The notes: a model not told the origin generated them from the sequence alone. A stretch of 64,000 nucleotides of DNA from Burkholderiales bacterium (GCA_046347985.1 JAXMFE010000014.1:26042-90041), one strand, 5' to 3'; counted from the stretch's first letter, positions 1 to 11,885 are shown. Numbers and translations: made by a program.

Positions 1-2
1 GC

Positions 3-1493
3 GCGGATCTGAGGCTGACCGGGCCTGTGCCGGTCCGCGGCGACGTCTCGTCGCAGTTCCTCACGGCATTGCTCATGGCGTTGCCGCTGCTCGACGTGGA
101 CGCCGAGATCGAGGTCGTCGGCGAACTGATCTCCAAGCCCTACATCGACATCACCCTCAACCTGATGGCGAAGTTCGGAGTGATCGTGGAGCGGGATGGG
201 TGGTCGCGTTTCCGCATTCCTGGCGGGGCGCACTACGTGGCGCCCGCCGAAATCTCCGTCGAGGGAGATGCCTCGGGCGCGTCCTATTTCCTGGCAGCGG
301 GCGCCATCGGCGGGGGACCCGTGCGCGTGCTCGGGGTGGGACGGGGCAGCATCCAGGGCGACGTGCGATTTGCCGAAGCGCTGCAGGCCGCGGGCGCCGA
401 GATCGCGTGGGGTGACAACTGGATGGAAGCGCGCCGACCGCCGGACGGCCGGATCCGTGCGTTCGATCTGGATCTCAATCACATCCCCGATGCCGCGATG
501 ACGCTGGCGGTGGTCGCGTTGTTCGCCGACGCGCCGTGCACGCTGCGGAACGTGGCGAGCTGGCGCGTGAAGGAAACCGATCGTCTGGCGGCGATGGCCA
601 CCGAATTGCGCAAGTTCGGCGCGACGGTCGAAGAGGGCGCGGACTACCTTCGGGTGACGCCGGTCCGGCGGATCGACGGAGCCTCGGTGGCGACGTATGA
701 CGACCACCGCATGGCGATGTGCCTGTCACTTGCCACGCTGGCCGGGGTGCCGGTGCGCATCCAGGATCCGGCCTGTGTGGCCAAGACCTTTCCCGACTAC
801 TTCGAACGGCTGGCCGAGGTCGGTCGTGTCGAGACGGTCCCGATCATCGCGATCGACGGACCGGCCGCATCGGGCAAGGGCACGGTCGGCGATCTCGTGG
901 CCCGCGCCCTCGGATTTCGCGCGCTGGACAGCGGGTCGCTGTATCGGCTCGTTGCGCTGGCGGCCTTGCGTCGCGGCGTCGCACTGGACGACGAAGCCGG
1001 AATCGCCGCCTGTGCCGAAAGCATCGACATCGACTTCTTCGAGGGGCGCGTGCACCTCGACCGTCAAGATGTCACGGACGCGATCCGAGAAGAACGCGTG
1101 TCCGCCGGCGCGTCGACCATTGCCGTGTTGCCGAGGTTGCGGGATGCACTCCTGTGGCGGCAACGGGCGTTCCGCGCACGGCCCGGGCTGGTTGCCGAGG
1201 GGCGTGACATGGGGACGGTCGTCTTTCCCGATGCCGCGCTCAAGGTGTATCTGACCGCCTCTGCCGAGGCGCGCGCCGACCGACGATATAAACAGTTGAT
1301 AGGAAAAGGAATGCGTGCTAGCCTTCCTGCCCTTTTGCTAGAGATCGCTCAACGCGATGCGCGGGACGCGCAACGGTCGACGGCCCCTCTGGCGAAAGCC
1401 CCCGATGCGCTCGAGCTCGATACCACCGGAGTGACGCCGGAAGCCGCGAGCGATCGGATCGTAAGCTGGTTCCGCGAACGCGCGGGCCGGTAG
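3..1493 (+). CDS. aroA-cmk: EPSP synthase (5' end cut by window edge) fused in frame to cytidylate kinase
   Basis: The frame is open from the window edge. The N-part ([16 protein letters not shown] ... [11 protein letters not shown] ... [13 protein letters not shown]) is EPSP synthase. It continues without a stop into [16 protein letters not shown] (P-loop) ... DSGSLYR ... [12 protein letters not shown], which is cytidylate kinase. The position upstream of rpsA is the conserved aroA-cmk-rpsA-ihfB order. Confidence 0.9.
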   Translation, partial: ADLRLTGPVPVRGDVSSQFLTALLMALPLLDVDAEIEVVGELISKPYIDITLNLMAKFGVIVERDGWSRFRIPGGAHYVAPAEISVEGDASGASYFLAAGAIGGGPVRVLGVGRGSIQGDVRFAEALQAAGAEIAWGDNWMEARRPPDGRIRAFDLDLNHIPDAAMTLAVVALFADAPCTLRNVASWRVKETDRLAAMATELRKFGATVEEGADYLRVTPVRRIDGASVATYDDHRMAMCLSLATLAGVPVRIQDPACVAKTFPDYFERLAEVGRVETVPIIAIDGPAASGKGTVGDLVARALGFRALDSGSLYRLVALAALRRGVALDDEAGIAACAESIDIDFFEGRVHLDRQDVTDAIREERVSAGASTIAVLPRLRDALLWRQRAFRARPGLVAEGRDMGTVVFPDAALKVYLTASAEARADRRYKQLIGKGMRASLPALLLEIAQRDARDAQRSTAPLAKAPDALELDTTGVTPEAASDRIVSWFRERAGR

Positions 1494-1613
1494 TTCCAGG
1501 TGCCGGCAGCGGCCGCCCGACCCCTCCCCGGGGTGGAAGCCGCCGACGGCGAACCCCAACCAACCATGCCCGTCCTCACCGCCGGGTCTGACCTCTTTCA
1601 GAACCTCTCATCC

Positions 1614-3332
1614 ATGACTAACTCAACCCAACCCATCACTTCCGCCCCCGAAAGCTTTGCAGCGCTCTTCGAGGAAAGCCTGACACGCCAGGAAATGCGC
1701 TCCGGCGAGGTCATCACGGCCGAAGTGGTCCGGGTGGACGCCAACCACGTCGTCGTCAATGCGGGCCTCAAGTCCGAAAGCTTCATTCCCATCGAGGAAT
1801 TCCGCAACGATCGTGGCGAGGTCGAGGCCAAGGAAGGCGATTTCGTCTCCGTGGCCATCGAGGCGCTCGAGGATGGTTATGGCGAGACCCGCCTGTCCCG
1901 CGACAAGGCCAAGCGGCTCGCCGCCTGGACGCAGCTGGAACAGGCACTGGAAGCCGGTTCGCTGGTGCAGGGCCTGATCACCGGCAAGGTGAAGGGCGGT
2001 CTGACGGTGATGATCAACGGCATCCGCGCGTTCCTGCCCGGTTCGCTCGTGGATACACGTCCGGTCAAGGACACCACCCCCTACGAGGGCAAGCAGCTCG
2101 AGTTCAAGGTCATCAAGCTCGACCGCAAGCGCAACAACGTGGTCGTTTCCCGTCGTGCAGTGGTCGAAGCCACCCAGGGTGAGGAACGCCAGAAGCTGCT
2201 CGAGACCTTGCAGGAAGGCGCGGTGGTCAAGGGCATCGTCAAGAACATCACCGACTACGGCGCGTTCGTGGATCTGGGCGGCATCGACGGCCTGCTGCAC
2301 ATCACCGACCTGGCCTGGCGTCGCGTGAAGCACCCGTCGGAAGTCCTCGCGGTGGGCGACGAAGTCGAGGCGAAGGTCCTCAAGTTCGACCAGGAAAAGA
2401 ACCGCGTCTCCCTGGGCTTGAAGCAGCTCGGCGAAGATCCGTGGGTCGGCCTCGGTCGCCGCTACCCGACCGGGACCCGCCTGTTCGGCAAGGTCACGAA
2501 CCTGACCGACTACGGTGCGTTCGTCGAGATCGAATCCGGCATCGAAGGTCTGGTCCACGTCTCGGAAATGGACTGGACCAACAAGAACGTCCATCCCTCC
2601 AAGGTCGTCCAGCTGGGCGACGAGGTCGAAGTCATGATCCTGGAGATCGACGAGGACCGCCGCCGCATCTCCCTGGGCATGAAGCAGTGCATGTCCAATC
2701 CGTGGGAAGAGTTTTCCACGACCTACAAGAAGGGCGACAAGGTCAAGGGTCAGATCAAGTCCATCACCGACTTCGGCGTGTTCATCGGCCTGCCGGGCGG
2801 GATCGACGGCCTGGTTCACCTGTCCGACCTGTCGTGGCACGTGGCCGGCGAGGAGGCCGTGCGCAACTACAAGAAGAGCGAGGAAGTCGAGGCCGTCGTG
2901 CTCGGCATCGACGTCGAACGCGAGCGCATCTCGCTGGGCATCAAGCAGCTCGAGGGCGATCCGTTCAGCAACTATATCTCGGCCCACGACAAGAACTCCG
3001 TGGTCGAAGGTGTCGTCAAGGCGATCGACCCGAAGGGGGCCGTCGTGGCCCTGGACGGGGAAGTCGAGGGTTACCTGCGGGCATCGGAAGTTTCGCGCGA
3101 CCGCGTGGAAGACATCCGCACGCACCTGCGTGAAGGCGACAAGGTCACGGCGATGATCATCAACATCGATCGGAAGAACCGCACCATCAACCTGTCGATC
3201 AAGGCGAAGGACTTCGCGGAAGAGACCGAGGCCATGCAGCGCGTCGCTTCCGAAAGCCCGACGAACGCCGGTACGACGAACCTGGGCGCTCTGCTGAAGG
3301 CGAAGCTGGACAACAAGAACGCCGCCCAGTAA
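1614..3332 (+). CDS. rpsA: 30S ribosomal protein S1
   Basis: Six S1/OB repeats, for example [53 protein letters not shown] and [30 protein letters not shown] 1614 (MTNSTQ) is preferred over the upstream in-frame start at 1500. Confidence 0.95.
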   Translation: MTNSTQPITSAPESFAALFEESLTRQEMRSGEVITAEVVRVDANHVVVNAGLKSESFIPIEEFRNDRGEVEAKEGDFVSVAIEALEDGYGETRLSRDKAKRLAAWTQLEQALEAGSLVQGLITGKVKGGLTVMINGIRAFLPGSLVDTRPVKDTTPYEGKQLEFKVIKLDRKRNNVVVSRRAVVEATQGEERQKLLETLQEGAVVKGIVKNITDYGAFVDLGGIDGLLHITDLAWRRVKHPSEVLAVGDEVEAKVLKFDQEKNRVSLGLKQLGEDPWVGLGRRYPTGTRLFGKVTNLTDYGAFVEIESGIEGLVHVSEMDWTNKNVHPSKVVQLGDEVEVMILEIDEDRRRISLGMKQCMSNPWEEFSTTYKKGDKVKGQIKSITDFGVFIGLPGGIDGLVHLSDLSWHVAGEEAVRNYKKSEEVEAVVLGIDVERERISLGIKQLEGDPFSNYISAHDKNSVVEGVVKAIDPKGAVVALDGEVEGYLRASEVSRDRVEDIRTHLREGDKVTAMIINIDRKNRTINLSIKAKDFAEETEAMQRVASESPTNAGTTNLGALLKAKLDNKNAAQ

Positions 3333-3342
3333 GAGGGGTGCG

Positions 3343-3708
3343 ATGACCAAGTCCGAACTGATTGCCAAGCTGGCGGGGCATTTCCCCCAGCTCGGTGCCG
3401 CTGATGCCGAACTGGCGGTCAAGATGATTCTCGATGCGATGGCGAAGAGCCTGTCGCAGGGCGAGCGCATCGAGATTCGCGGGTTCGGCAGTTTCGGGCT
3501 GAACTATCGACCGCCGCGCGTGGGGCGCAATCCGAAGTCCGGCGAGAAGGTGCAGGTGCCGGCCAAGTACGTGCCCCATTTCAAGGCGGGGAAGGAATTG
3601 CGCGAGCGCGTGGACCTGCGCGCGGCCGGTGACGTCGACGATTCGGATGACGACATCGGGGTGGCTGCGGAAGCGGCCGCCGTCTCGACCAGCACGTCGG
3701 CTTCCTGA
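3343..3708 (+). CDS. ihfB: Integration host factor beta subunit with an acidic C-terminal tail
   Basis: [11 protein letters not shown] ... [49 protein letters not shown] is the HU/IHF fold signature. The gene lies immediately after rpsA. Confidence 0.93.
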   Translation: MTKSELIAKLAGHFPQLGAADAELAVKMILDAMAKSLSQGERIEIRGFGSFGLNYRPPRVGRNPKSGEKVQVPAKYVPHFKAGKELRERVDLRAAGDVDDSDDDIGVAAEAAAVSTSTSAS

Positions 3709-3740
3709 CCGGCGGGCGCCGCATCCTGCGAGGCGGGACG

Positions 3741-4016
3741 ATGCGCTTGCTCGGTTGGCTGCTCCGGTTGGTGGTCTTCGCACTGCTGCTCGGATTCGCC
3801 ATGAAGAACACCGCACCGGTCACGGTGCGGTATTACTTCGGAACGGCATGGCAGGCGCCACTGGTCGTGGTGCTGTTGATCGTCTTCGTCGTCGGGACCG
3901 GGGCCGGTATCCTGGCCTCGCTCGGCTATCTGCTGAAGCAACGCAGACAGATCGCCCAGTTGAAGAGACAGATTCCGCAGCCTGACCCGGAGTCACGCGC
4001 GGCCGCGGACGCATAG
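3741..4016 (+). CDS. lapA: LapA-family (DUF1049) lipopolysaccharide assembly inner-membrane protein
   Basis: 91 aa with two hydrophobic helices and VTVRYYFG ... LGYLLKQRRQIAQLKRQI. It sits directly upstream of lapB, as in the yciS-yciM pair. Confidence 0.75.
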   Translation: MRLLGWLLRLVVFALLLGFAMKNTAPVTVRYYFGTAWQAPLVVVLLIVFVVGTGAGILASLGYLLKQRRQIAQLKRQIPQPDPESRAAADA

Positions 4017-4025
4017 CGAAACCGG

Positions 4026-5201
4026 ATGGAATTCGAAACCTGGTGGTTGTTGGCGCTCCCGCTGTTCTTTGCCCTGGGCTGGTTCGCCGCCCGTATCGAC
4101 ATCAAGCAGCTCGTCACCGAGTCCCGGCGCCTGCCCCATTCGTACTTCCGTGGCCTGAACTTCCTGCTCAACGAACAGCCCGACAAGGCCATCGAAGCCT
4201 TCATCGAGGTCGTGAAGGTCGAACCTGAGACCGTCGAGCTGCATTTCGCACTCGGCAATCTCTTCCGTCGGCGCGGAGAGCTGGAGCGCGCCATTCGCAT
4301 GCACCAGAACATCCTCGACCGCGAGGACCTCGGCCAGGAGCAGCGCCTGTCGGCCCTCTTCGAGCTGGGGCAGGACTACCTGAAGGCCGGTCTGCTGGAC
4401 CGCGCCGAGGAGATGTTCCAGCGCCTGATCGGCACGAACCTCGAGCAGCAGGGCCTGCGCTATCTGCTCGAGATCTACGAGCAGGAGAAGGACTGGCTCA
4501 AGGCGATCGAGACTTCCCGCAAGATGGACACGATCAGCGGCGAATCGAGTGCCAAGGACATCGCCCATTTCTATTGCGAGCTGGCCAGCGGGGAGATGCT
4601 CCACCAGCGTCTCGAGACCGCCCGCAAGTATGCGGACGAAGCCCTGGCGGTGAACCGCAAGTGCACGCGTGCCAGCATGATTCTCGGTGACGTCGAATGG
4701 CAGACCGGTCGCGTCGAGGAAGCCATCGAGACGTGGAAGCGCATCGAGGGGCAGAATCCCGCCTACCTCCCGCTGGTCGCCGATCGCCTGCTGGGTGCTC
4801 ACGCCAAGCTGGGGCGGCCGGAGCAGGGGCTGCAGTTGTTGAGCGGCTATCTCGCCAGTTATCCCTCGCTCGATCTGCTGCAGTCGCTCTACCAGGCGAC
4901 GCTGGAAGGGCAGGGCAGCGCGCCGGCATACGAACTCCTGCGCGACGAACTTCGCCGCAACCCCACGCTGGTCGGACTCAATCGATTGATCGAGATGCAA
5001 CTGGCGGACGCGGCTGCGGATCGTCGGGGCGACCTCGAACTCACGCGCAACCTGATCCAGCAGCATTCCCGCAGCTTGTCCTTGTACCGCTGCGACAGCT
5101 GCGGCTTCCGCGCCCGCCAGTTCTACTGGCATTGCCCCGCCTGCCATGCGTGGGAAAGCTACGTGCCGCGCCGAGCGGAAGAGCGAGAGATGGCGGCATG
5201 A
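4026..5201 (+). CDS. lapB: Lipopolysaccharide assembly protein LapB (TPR repeats plus C-terminal rubredoxin-like zinc finger)
   Basis: N-terminal TM helix, TPR-like repeats (LHFALGNLFRRRGELERAIRMHQ ...), and a C-terminal YRCDSCGFRARQFYWHCPACHAW CxxC...CxxC motif. Confidence 0.9.
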   Translation: MEFETWWLLALPLFFALGWFAARIDIKQLVTESRRLPHSYFRGLNFLLNEQPDKAIEAFIEVVKVEPETVELHFALGNLFRRRGELERAIRMHQNILDREDLGQEQRLSALFELGQDYLKAGLLDRAEEMFQRLIGTNLEQQGLRYLLEIYEQEKDWLKAIETSRKMDTISGESSAKDIAHFYCELASGEMLHQRLETARKYADEALAVNRKCTRASMILGDVEWQTGRVEEAIETWKRIEGQNPAYLPLVADRLLGAHAKLGRPEQGLQLLSGYLASYPSLDLLQSLYQATLEGQGSAPAYELLRDELRRNPTLVGLNRLIEMQLADAAADRRGDLELTRNLIQQHSRSLSLYRCDSCGFRARQFYWHCPACHAWESYVPRRAEEREMAA

Positions 5202-5256
5202 GCCACCCGGCGAGGGGCCCCAGCGTGCTGGGGATCGACGGCCAGGCGATTGCCGC
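5194..5256. repeat. Copy 1 of a 63-nt direct repeat with an internal hairpin (REP-like)
   Basis: cggcatgagccacccggcgaggggccccagcgtgctggggatcgacggccaggcgattgccgc. It contains the inverted repeat cccag-cgtg-ctggg. Copy 1 supplies the last codons and the TGA stop of lapB. Confidence 0.85.
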
Positions 5257-5307
5257 TGAGGCGCCGACGCGGAGAGGGAGCACGTTGCACGGAAGCGGAA
5301 GAGGCGA

Positions 5308-5370
5308 CGGCATGAGCCACCCGGCGAGGGGCCCCAGCGTGCTGGGGATCGACGATCAGGCGATTGCCGC
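5308..5370. repeat. Copy 2 of the 63-nt direct repeat (2 mismatches, 114-nt period)
   Basis: Same sequence as 5194-5256 except gc to at at positions 48-49 of the unit. It lies in the lapB-pyrF spacer. Confidence 0.85.
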
Positions 5371-5418
5371 CAGATCGCCCACCCGAGAACCATTCCCCGG
5401 CCTGGACGGCCTCACGAG

Positions 5419-6150
5419 ATGCACGCAATGAATGTCAACCACGATCCCCGCATCATCGTCGCCCTCGACTTCCCCTCCGGAGACGAGGCGCTCGCGTTCG
5501 CGAAGCGCTTGCCTCCGCGCGAATGCCGGGTGAAGGTCGGGAAGGAACTGTTCGTGAGCGCGGGCCCGGGGCTCGTGTCGGCGCTTCAGGTCGCCGGCTT
5601 CAGCGTCTTCCTCGATCTCAAGTTCCACGACATTCCCAACACGGTTGCGCAGGCCTGCACGGCGGCGGCGCGCCTGGGCGTGTGGATGGTCAACGTCCAT
5701 GCGCTGGGCGGGACGCGCATGCTGGCGGCGGCGCGTGAAGCGGTGGAGAAGTTCACCCATCGGCCCAAACTGATTGCGGTGACTGTGCTCACGAGCATGG
5801 CCTCGGAAGATCTCCGCGAACTCGGCCTGTCCGGGGATTCCGCCGGTGAGGTGGCGGTTCGTCTGGCGAGCCTCGCCAAGGGGGCAGGGCTCGACGGCGT
5901 GGTGTGTTCCGCTCAGGAGGCCAAGGCCATGCGCGCGGCTTTCGGCCCGGGATTCGACCTCGTGACGCCGGGCATCCGGCCTGCCGACGCGGATGCCGAT
6001 GACCAGGCGCGCATTGCGACGCCCGGTCGGGCGATTGCCGACGGCTCGAGCTATCTCGTGATCGGCCGTCCGATCACCCGGGCGCCCGATCCCGTGGCGG
6101 CGCTGCGGGGCATGATTGCGGAAGTCGAGGCGGCAGTCTCTCCTTCGTGA
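5419..6150 (+). CDS. pyrF: Orotidine 5'-phosphate decarboxylase
   Basis: IIVALDF ... KVGKELF ... [13 protein letters not shown] ... YLVIGRPIT are canonical OMP decarboxylase motifs. The start could also be ATG 5428. Confidence 0.93.
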   Translation: MHAMNVNHDPRIIVALDFPSGDEALAFAKRLPPRECRVKVGKELFVSAGPGLVSALQVAGFSVFLDLKFHDIPNTVAQACTAAARLGVWMVNVHALGGTRMLAAAREAVEKFTHRPKLIAVTVLTSMASEDLRELGLSGDSAGEVAVRLASLAKGAGLDGVVCSAQEAKAMRAAFGPGFDLVTPGIRPADADADDQARIATPGRAIADGSSYLVIGRPITRAPDPVAALRGMIAEVEAAVSPS

Positions 6151-6158
6151 GGCGTTCG

Positions 6159-7118
6159 ATGACAGCCAATGAAACCCTGGCCGCGATGCGCGGCGCGCGC
6201 GTGCTGGTGGTGGGCGACGTGATGCTCGATCGATACTGGTTCGGCGACGTGAACCGCATCTCGCCCGAGGCGCCGGTGCCGGTCGTGAAGATCGGACGCT
6301 CGGAAGAGCGGCTGGGCGGCGCTGCGAACGTCGCTCGCAACGTGGCCGCGCTCGGTGCGCAGGCGGAGTTGCTCGCCGTCGTCGGCGACGACGAGCCTGG
6401 CCGGCTCATCGACGACCTGCTCCGTGCCGATGGCATCAGGGCCTCCCTGCAGCGGGACACGGACATCACGACCACGGTCAAGCTGCGCGTGATCGGACGT
6501 CAACAGCAGTTGCTCCGCATCGACTTCGAGACGGCGCCCGGGCACGAAGCCCTCATGTCCAAGCTCGCGGAATTCGAGCGCCGGTTGCCGAACGTGGACC
6601 TCGTCATTCTGTCCGACTACGGCAAGGGCGGCCTCCAGCACATCGCCCGGATGATCGACAGCGCGCGGCGGCACGCGAAGGCGGTGCTGGTGGATCCGAA
6701 GGGCGACGACTACGCGCGCTATCGCGGCGCGACGCTGCTCACGCCGAATCGCTCGGAATTCCGGCAGGTCGCCGGGAACTGGGGCAGCGAGGCGGAACTG
6801 CAGGAGAAGGCGCAGCGACTGCGGCGGGATCTCGCGCTCGAAGGCCTGCTCGTCACACGCAGCGAGGAGGGGATGACGCTCTATCGCGATGTGGGCGCCC
6901 TGCATGTCCCGACGGTGGCCAAGGAAGTCTTCGACGTGAGCGGTGCGGGAGACACCGTCATCGCCACGCTCGGCACACTGCTCGCGGCCGGCCGTCCCTT
7001 CGAGGACGCCGTGCACTGGGCCAATGTCGCTGCCGGCATCGTGGTCGGCAAACTGGGAACGGCGGTGGCGACGCCGGACGAACTGCTCAACGCTCTGGGG
7101 GAAGGAGGCAACGCATGA
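6159..7118 (+). CDS. hldA: D-glycero-beta-D-manno-heptose-7-phosphate kinase (RfaE domain I, PfkB family)
   Basis: [30 protein letters not shown] ... [14 protein letters not shown] ... [15 protein letters not shown] lies 6 nt upstream of ATG 6159. An alternative GTG 6147 overlaps the pyrF stop. Confidence 0.88.
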   Translation: MTANETLAAMRGARVLVVGDVMLDRYWFGDVNRISPEAPVPVVKIGRSEERLGGAANVARNVAALGAQAELLAVVGDDEPGRLIDDLLRADGIRASLQRDTDITTTVKLRVIGRQQQLLRIDFETAPGHEALMSKLAEFERRLPNVDLVILSDYGKGGLQHIARMIDSARRHAKAVLVDPKGDDYARYRGATLLTPNRSEFRQVAGNWGSEAELQEKAQRLRRDLALEGLLVTRSEEGMTLYRDVGALHVPTVAKEVFDVSGAGDTVIATLGTLLAAGRPFEDAVHWANVAAGIVVGKLGTAVATPDELLNALGEGGNA

Positions 7119-8110
7119 TCGTCGTCACTGGCGCCGCCGGCTTCATCGGGTCGAACCTGGTCAAGGGACTCAATGACCGGGGAATCCGCGACATCATCGC
7201 GGTCGACAATCTCACCAAGGCCGACAAGTTTCGCAACCTCACGGATTGCGATATTGCGGACTATTGGGACAAGGAGGATTTCATCGAGGCGCTCGTGGAC
7301 GGTGCGTTCGACGGTGACGTTGAACTCGTCTTCCACAACGGTGCGTGCTCCGACACCATGGGCGCCGACGGCCGCTACATGATGGACAACAACTACCGGT
7401 ACACGCTCACGCTTCTCGAGTGGTGCCAGGCGGAACAGGCTCGCTTGGTCTTTGCGTCGTCGGCGGCCGTCTACGGCGCCGGTCCGGAGTTCCGCGAGGA
7501 CCGGGCCTGCGAGAAGCCGCTCAACGTCTACGGCTACTCCAAGTTCCTGGTCGATCAGGTGGTGCGCCGCCAGTGGGATTCGCTTTCGGGACAGGTCGTC
7601 GGCCTGCGCTATTTCAACGTCTACGGACCGCGCGAATCGCACAAGGCTCGCATGGCGTCGGTGGCCTACCACTGCTTCAACCAGTTCCGCGCAGACGGCA
7701 AGGTCAAGCTGTTCGAGGGGAGCGGGGGATACGGTCCCGGCGAGCAGCGGCGGGACTTCGTCTCGGTCGAGGACGTGGTGGCGGTGAATCTCTGGCTGAT
7801 GGATCACCCGGACGTATCGGGCATCTTCAATCTCGGCACCGGACGATCCCAGACCTTCAACGACGTGGCGTGCGCCACGGTCAATGCCTTGCGTCGGGCC
7901 GGTGGCGACCCGTCGCTCTCCCGCGACGAACTCGTGGCTCAGGGGCTCCTCGAGTACATGCCGTTCTTCGAGGGGCTGAAGGCGAAGTACCAGAGTTTCA
8001 CGCAGGCCGACATGACCAAGCTTCGGGAGGCCGGCTACACGGCGCCATTCCTGACCGTCGAGGAAGGGGTGGCGCGCTATGTGACCTGGCTGCAGGCCGA
8101 TGCCGCCTGA
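7115..8110 (+). CDS. hldD: ADP-L-glycero-D-manno-heptose 6-epimerase
   Basis: [20 protein letters not shown] (Rossmann fold) ... YGYSKFL ... FNVYGPRE. There is an ATGA overlap with hldA. Confidence 0.93.
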   Translation: MIVVTGAAGFIGSNLVKGLNDRGIRDIIAVDNLTKADKFRNLTDCDIADYWDKEDFIEALVDGAFDGDVELVFHNGACSDTMGADGRYMMDNNYRYTLTLLEWCQAEQARLVFASSAAVYGAGPEFREDRACEKPLNVYGYSKFLVDQVVRRQWDSLSGQVVGLRYFNVYGPRESHKARMASVAYHCFNQFRADGKVKLFEGSGGYGPGEQRRDFVSVEDVVAVNLWLMDHPDVSGIFNLGTGRSQTFNDVACATVNALRRAGGDPSLSRDELVAQGLLEYMPFFEGLKAKYQSFTQADMTKLREAGYTAPFLTVEEGVARYVTWLQADAA

Positions 8111-8123
8111 TGCCGGCGTGACC

Positions 8124-9011
8124 ATGACCTATCCGATCCTCGACGACTTCGTCGGCAACACGCCGCTGGTGCGCTTCAAGCGCATGCCCGGCCGGACCAC
8201 CAACGTGATCCTCGGAAAGCTCGAAGGCAACAATCCGGCCGGGTCGGTGAAGGACCGGCCTGCGCTGTCGATGATCCTCGGGGCCGAGTCGCGCGGTGAA
8301 ATCCGCCCCGGAGACACCCTGATCGAGCCGACCAGCGGCAACACGGGCATTGCGTTGGCCATGGTGGCGGCGACTCGGGGCTACCGCATGGTGCTGGTGA
8401 TGCCGGAAGACCTGTCCGTCGAGCGCCGGCAGACGATGGCCGCGTATGGTGCCGCCTTCGTGCTCACGCCCAAGGCCGGTGGCATGGAGGCCGCGCGGGA
8501 TATCGCCATCGAGATGCAGAAGCGCGGCGAAGGGCGGATGCTCGACCAGTTCGCCAACCCGGACAACCCGCTGGCGCACTATCGCGGCACCGGACCGGAG
8601 ATCTGGCGCGACACCGCCGGCAAGGTCACGCACTTCGTCAGCAGCATGGGCACGACCGGCACCATCATGGGGTGCTCGCGCTACCTGAAGGAGATGAATC
8701 CGGCCATCCAGATCATCGGCTGCCAGCCGACGGATGGGTCGCGGATCCCGGGCATCCGCAAGTGGCCGGAAGCCTATCTGCCCAGCATCTTCGATCGGTC
8801 GCGGGTCGACCGTGTGATGGACGTCAGTCAGGCCGACGCCGAGGAGACTGCGCGCCGCATGGCGCGCGAGGAAGGCATCTTTCCGGGCATCTCGGCCGGC
8901 GGGGCCGCGTGGGCCGCGCTGGCGTTGTCGAAGGAACTGGAGGACGCCGTGATCGTGACGATCGTCTGCGATCGGGGCGACCGCTACCTCTCCACCGGCA
9001 TCTTCGGGTAG
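8124..9011 (+). CDS. cysM: Cysteine synthase B (PLP-dependent)
   Basis: IGNTPLVRFKRM ... LEGNNPAGSVKDRPALSMI ... EPTSGNTGIALA ... GTTGTI. Confidence 0.9.
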   Translation: MTYPILDDFVGNTPLVRFKRMPGRTTNVILGKLEGNNPAGSVKDRPALSMILGAESRGEIRPGDTLIEPTSGNTGIALAMVAATRGYRMVLVMPEDLSVERRQTMAAYGAAFVLTPKAGGMEAARDIAIEMQKRGEGRMLDQFANPDNPLAHYRGTGPEIWRDTAGKVTHFVSSMGTTGTIMGCSRYLKEMNPAIQIIGCQPTDGSRIPGIRKWPEAYLPSIFDRSRVDRVMDVSQADAEETARRMAREEGIFPGISAGGAAWAALALSKELEDAVIVTIVCDRGDRYLSTGIFG

Positions 9012-9040
9012 CCGCGCGCGGCGGCGGGCGGAGCGCTACG

Positions 9041-10909
9041 TCAGGCGGTGGGCGTCCATTCCTCGGGCGCCCGCCACAGTGCCGCGAGCAGCAGTTCGCG
9101 CTTGAGCACGAACTCCTTCGGGAGCTTGTCGTACAGCTTCACGAACAATTCCTCGTGGAGCAGCAGTTCCCGCATCCAGTCTTCACGGCGCAGGGTCATC
9201 GCTTCCCGGAAGCTTGCCCGGACGCTGTCGGGCAATCCCTTCCATTCGATGTCGTTTTCGGTGGGCATCCAGCCGAGCGGGCTTTCCACCGCGCGCGAAT
9301 GGCCCTGGCAGCGGTCCACGATCCACTTCAGGATGCGCATGTTCTCGCCGTAACCGGGCCAGAGGAACTTGCCCTCGGCGTTCTTGCGGAACCAGTTCAC
9401 GCAGAAGATGCGCGGCGGCCGGGTGATGGACACGCCGGTCTCGAGCCAGTGATCGAAGTAGTCGCCGATGTGATAGCCGCAGAAAGGCAGCATCGCGAAC
9501 GGATCGCGACGGACTTCTCCGACCTTGTGCGCGGCGGCGGCCGTCGTTTCGGAACCCATCGTCGCCGCGAGATACACCCCGTCGGTCCAGCTGAAACTCT
9601 GCACGATCAGCGGCATCGTGGTGCTGCGTCGGCCGCCGAAGATGAACGCGGAGATCGGCACGCCCTCGGTCCGTTCCCAGTCGCGATCCAGCGACGGACA
9701 CTGCGACGCCGGCACGGTGAATCGCGCATTGGGATGGGCGGCCTTGCGTCCGCAATCCGGCGTCCAGTCCTGACCCTGCCAGTCGACGAGGTGCGCGGGC
9801 GGTTCATCGGTCATGCCTTCCCACCAGACGTCCCCGTCATCGGTCAGCGCCACGTTGGTGAACACGCAATTGCTGCGGAGCGTGTCCATCGCGTTGGGAT
9901 TCGATTGGTACGAGGTGCCGGGCGCGACACCGAAGAAACCGAACTCCGGATTGATGGCGTAGAGCCGCCCGTCGGGGCCCGGCTTGATCCAGGCGATGTC
10001 ATCGCCGATGGTCGTCACCTTCCAGCCATTGAAGGCCTCGGGCGGTATCAGCATCGCGAAGTTGGTCTTGCCGCAGGCGCTCGGAAAGGCAGCGGCAACA
10101 TACGTCTTCTCGCCCTCGGGCGACTCGACGCCGAGAATCAGCATGTGTTCCGCAAGCCAGCCCTGTTCGCGTCCCATGCTCGACGCGATGCGCAACGCGA
10201 AGCACTTCTTCCCGAGCAGTGCATTGCCGCCGTAGCCGCTGCCGAACGACCAGATCGCGTTTTCCTCGGGGAAGTGGACGATGTACTTGTGGTCCTTGTT
10301 GCAGGGCCACGCGACGTCCTTCTGGCCGGGCGCCAGCGGTGCGCCGACCGAGTGCAGGCAGGGAACGAACGCGCCGGTCTCGCCGAGCACGTCGACGGCA
10401 CCACGCCCCATCCGCGTCATCACCCGCATGCTCACTGCCACGTAGGCAGAGTCCGTGATTTCGACGCCGATATGCGACAGGGGCGAGCCGAGCGGCCCCA
10501 TGCTGAAGGGCACCACATACATCGTGCGTCCCCGCATGCAGCCGTTGAACAGTCCGTTGAGCCGCTCCTTCATGTCGGCCGGAGCCATCCAGTTGTTGGT
10601 GGGGCCGGCATCGTGTCTGTGGATGGAGCAGATGAAGGTGCGATCCTCGACGCGGGCGACGTCGCTGGGATCCGACCAGCACAGGTAGCTGCCCGGGCGC
10701 TTGGCCGCGTTCAGGCGGCGGAACGTCCCGGCGTCGACGAGTTCGCTGCAGAGACGGTCGTACTCCGCCTGGGTGCCGTCACACCACACGATTCTGTCCG
10801 GACGCGTCAGCGCGGCAACCTGACTCACCCATTGTTTCAATGCGCCATGACGGACCCAATCGGGGGCGTTCAATTCGACGGCGGGTCCCGAGATCTCTTC
10901 CAGCTTCAA
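9041..10909 (-). CDS. pckG: Phosphoenolpyruvate carboxykinase (GTP)
   Basis: [18 protein letters not shown] ... FPSACGKTN ... WFRK ... [16 protein letters not shown]. The start is uncertain. TTG at 10909 is preceded by AGGGGA and gives about 622 aa. The maximal ORF extends to 11008. Confidence 0.9.
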   Translation of the reverse strand: MKLEEISGPAVELNAPDWVRHGALKQWVSQVAALTRPDRIVWCDGTQAEYDRLCSELVDAGTFRRLNAAKRPGSYLCWSDPSDVARVEDRTFICSIHRHDAGPTNNWMAPADMKERLNGLFNGCMRGRTMYVVPFSMGPLGSPLSHIGVEITDSAYVAVSMRVMTRMGRGAVDVLGETGAFVPCLHSVGAPLAPGQKDVAWPCNKDHKYIVHFPEENAIWSFGSGYGGNALLGKKCFALRIASSMGREQGWLAEHMLILGVESPEGEKTYVAAAFPSACGKTNFAMLIPPEAFNGWKVTTIGDDIAWIKPGPDGRLYAINPEFGFFGVAPGTSYQSNPNAMDTLRSNCVFTNVALTDDGDVWWEGMTDEPPAHLVDWQGQDWTPDCGRKAAHPNARFTVPASQCPSLDRDWERTEGVPISAFIFGGRRSTTMPLIVQSFSWTDGVYLAATMGSETTAAAAHKVGEVRRDPFAMLPFCGYHIGDYFDHWLETGVSITRPPRIFCVNWFRKNAEGKFLWPGYGENMRILKWIVDRCQGHSRAVESPLGWMPTENDIEWKGLPDSVRASFREAMTLRREDWMRELLLHEELFVKLYDKLPKEFVLKRELLLAALWRAPEEWTPTA

Positions 10910-11051
10910 TTGACGTTGTCCCCTGTGAGTATCGCGATCCGGGCCGGCAGGCCCCGGGCCCGGAATCCTAACACCGGCCATCCCTGCGCACAGGAGGGAA
11001 AGCGGCATCCGGGAAGCCCGTTTCGCTGGGGCACTCGATGACGCAAGCGGT

Positions 11052-11885
11052 GTGCCGGGCGGTAGAATCGGCGCCCTTCCGGACTCCGCCCTCAGGCTCC
11101 CCGCCGTGACTCCCGTCCTCGTCTTCGATATCGAGACCGTGCCCGATGTTGCCGGACTGCGCCGGCTTCGAGGTCACGGCGATGACGTTTCCGACGCCCA
11201 GGTGGCGGAACTCGCCTTCCAGGCCCGGCGTGAAGCGACCGGGTCGGACTTCCTGCAGCACCACCTGCATCGCGTGGTGTGCATCTCGTGCGTGCTGCGC
11301 GACCGGGACAGCTTCAAGGTCTGGTCCCTCGGTGAGCCGGGCGAGCCCGAGGGCTCGCTGATCCGGCGGTTCTTCGAGGGTATCGAGCGCTATTCGCCGC
11401 AACTCGTCTCGTGGAACGGCGGCGGATTCGATCTCCCCGTGCTGCATTACCGTGGGCTGGTCCATGGCGTGGCGGCCGGCCGCTACTGGGACATGGGCGA
11501 GGACGATCGCGAGTTCAAGTGGAACAACTACATCAGTCGCTATCACTCGCGACATCTCGATCTGATGGACCTTCTCGCCCTGTATCAGCCGCGTGCCAGC
11601 GCGCCGCTGGACGATCTTGCCCAGCTGCTTGGCCTGCCCGGCAAGCTCGGCATGGGCGGCGGGAGGGTGTGGGACGAATTCCAGTCGGGCCGGATCGCGG
11701 GAATCCGGGACTACTGCGAGACCGACGTCGTGAACACGTACCTCGTGTACCTGCGATTCCAGTTGATGCGCGGCGCGCTCGATGCAGCCGGCCATGCGCG
11801 GGAATGCGCGCTGGTGCGATCGAGCCTCGAAAAACTCCCCGGGGACCATTGGCGGGAATTCCTGGCCGCCTGGACGGCCGCATGA
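11052..11885 (+). CDS. 3'-5' exonuclease, PolB-exonuclease-domain-like
   Basis: [11 protein letters not shown] (ExoI DxE) ... [18 protein letters not shown] (ExoII) ... [13 protein letters not shown] (ExoIII). The start is uncertain; GTG 11106 is an alternative. Confidence 0.75.
   Translation: MPGGRIGALPDSALRLPAVTPVLVFDIETVPDVAGLRRLRGHGDDVSDAQVAELAFQARREATGSDFLQHHLHRVVCISCVLRDRDSFKVWSLGEPGEPEGSLIRRFFEGIERYSPQLVSWNGGGFDLPVLHYRGLVHGVAAGRYWDMGEDDREFKWNNYISRYHSRHLDLMDLLALYQPRASAPLDDLAQLLGLPGKLGMGGGRVWDEFQSGRIAGIRDYCETDVVNTYLVYLRFQLMRGALDAAGHARECALVRSSLEKLPGDHWREFLAAWTAA

Noticed and set aside
1623-3470. 615-aa ORF antisense to rpsA
   Set aside because: It is a shadow ORF opposite a highly conserved ribosomal protein gene, and no motifs were recognised.
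9011-9022. Palindrome gccgcgcgcggc between cysM and pckG as a terminator
   Set aside because: It is a 12-nt perfect palindrome with no loop or U-tract, which is too weak to call.
8672-11041. 789-aa plus-strand ORF across cysM 3' and pckG
   Set aside because: It is out of frame or antisense to two well-supported genes. The product is Arg/Gly/Ala-rich, typical of GC-rich shadow frames.
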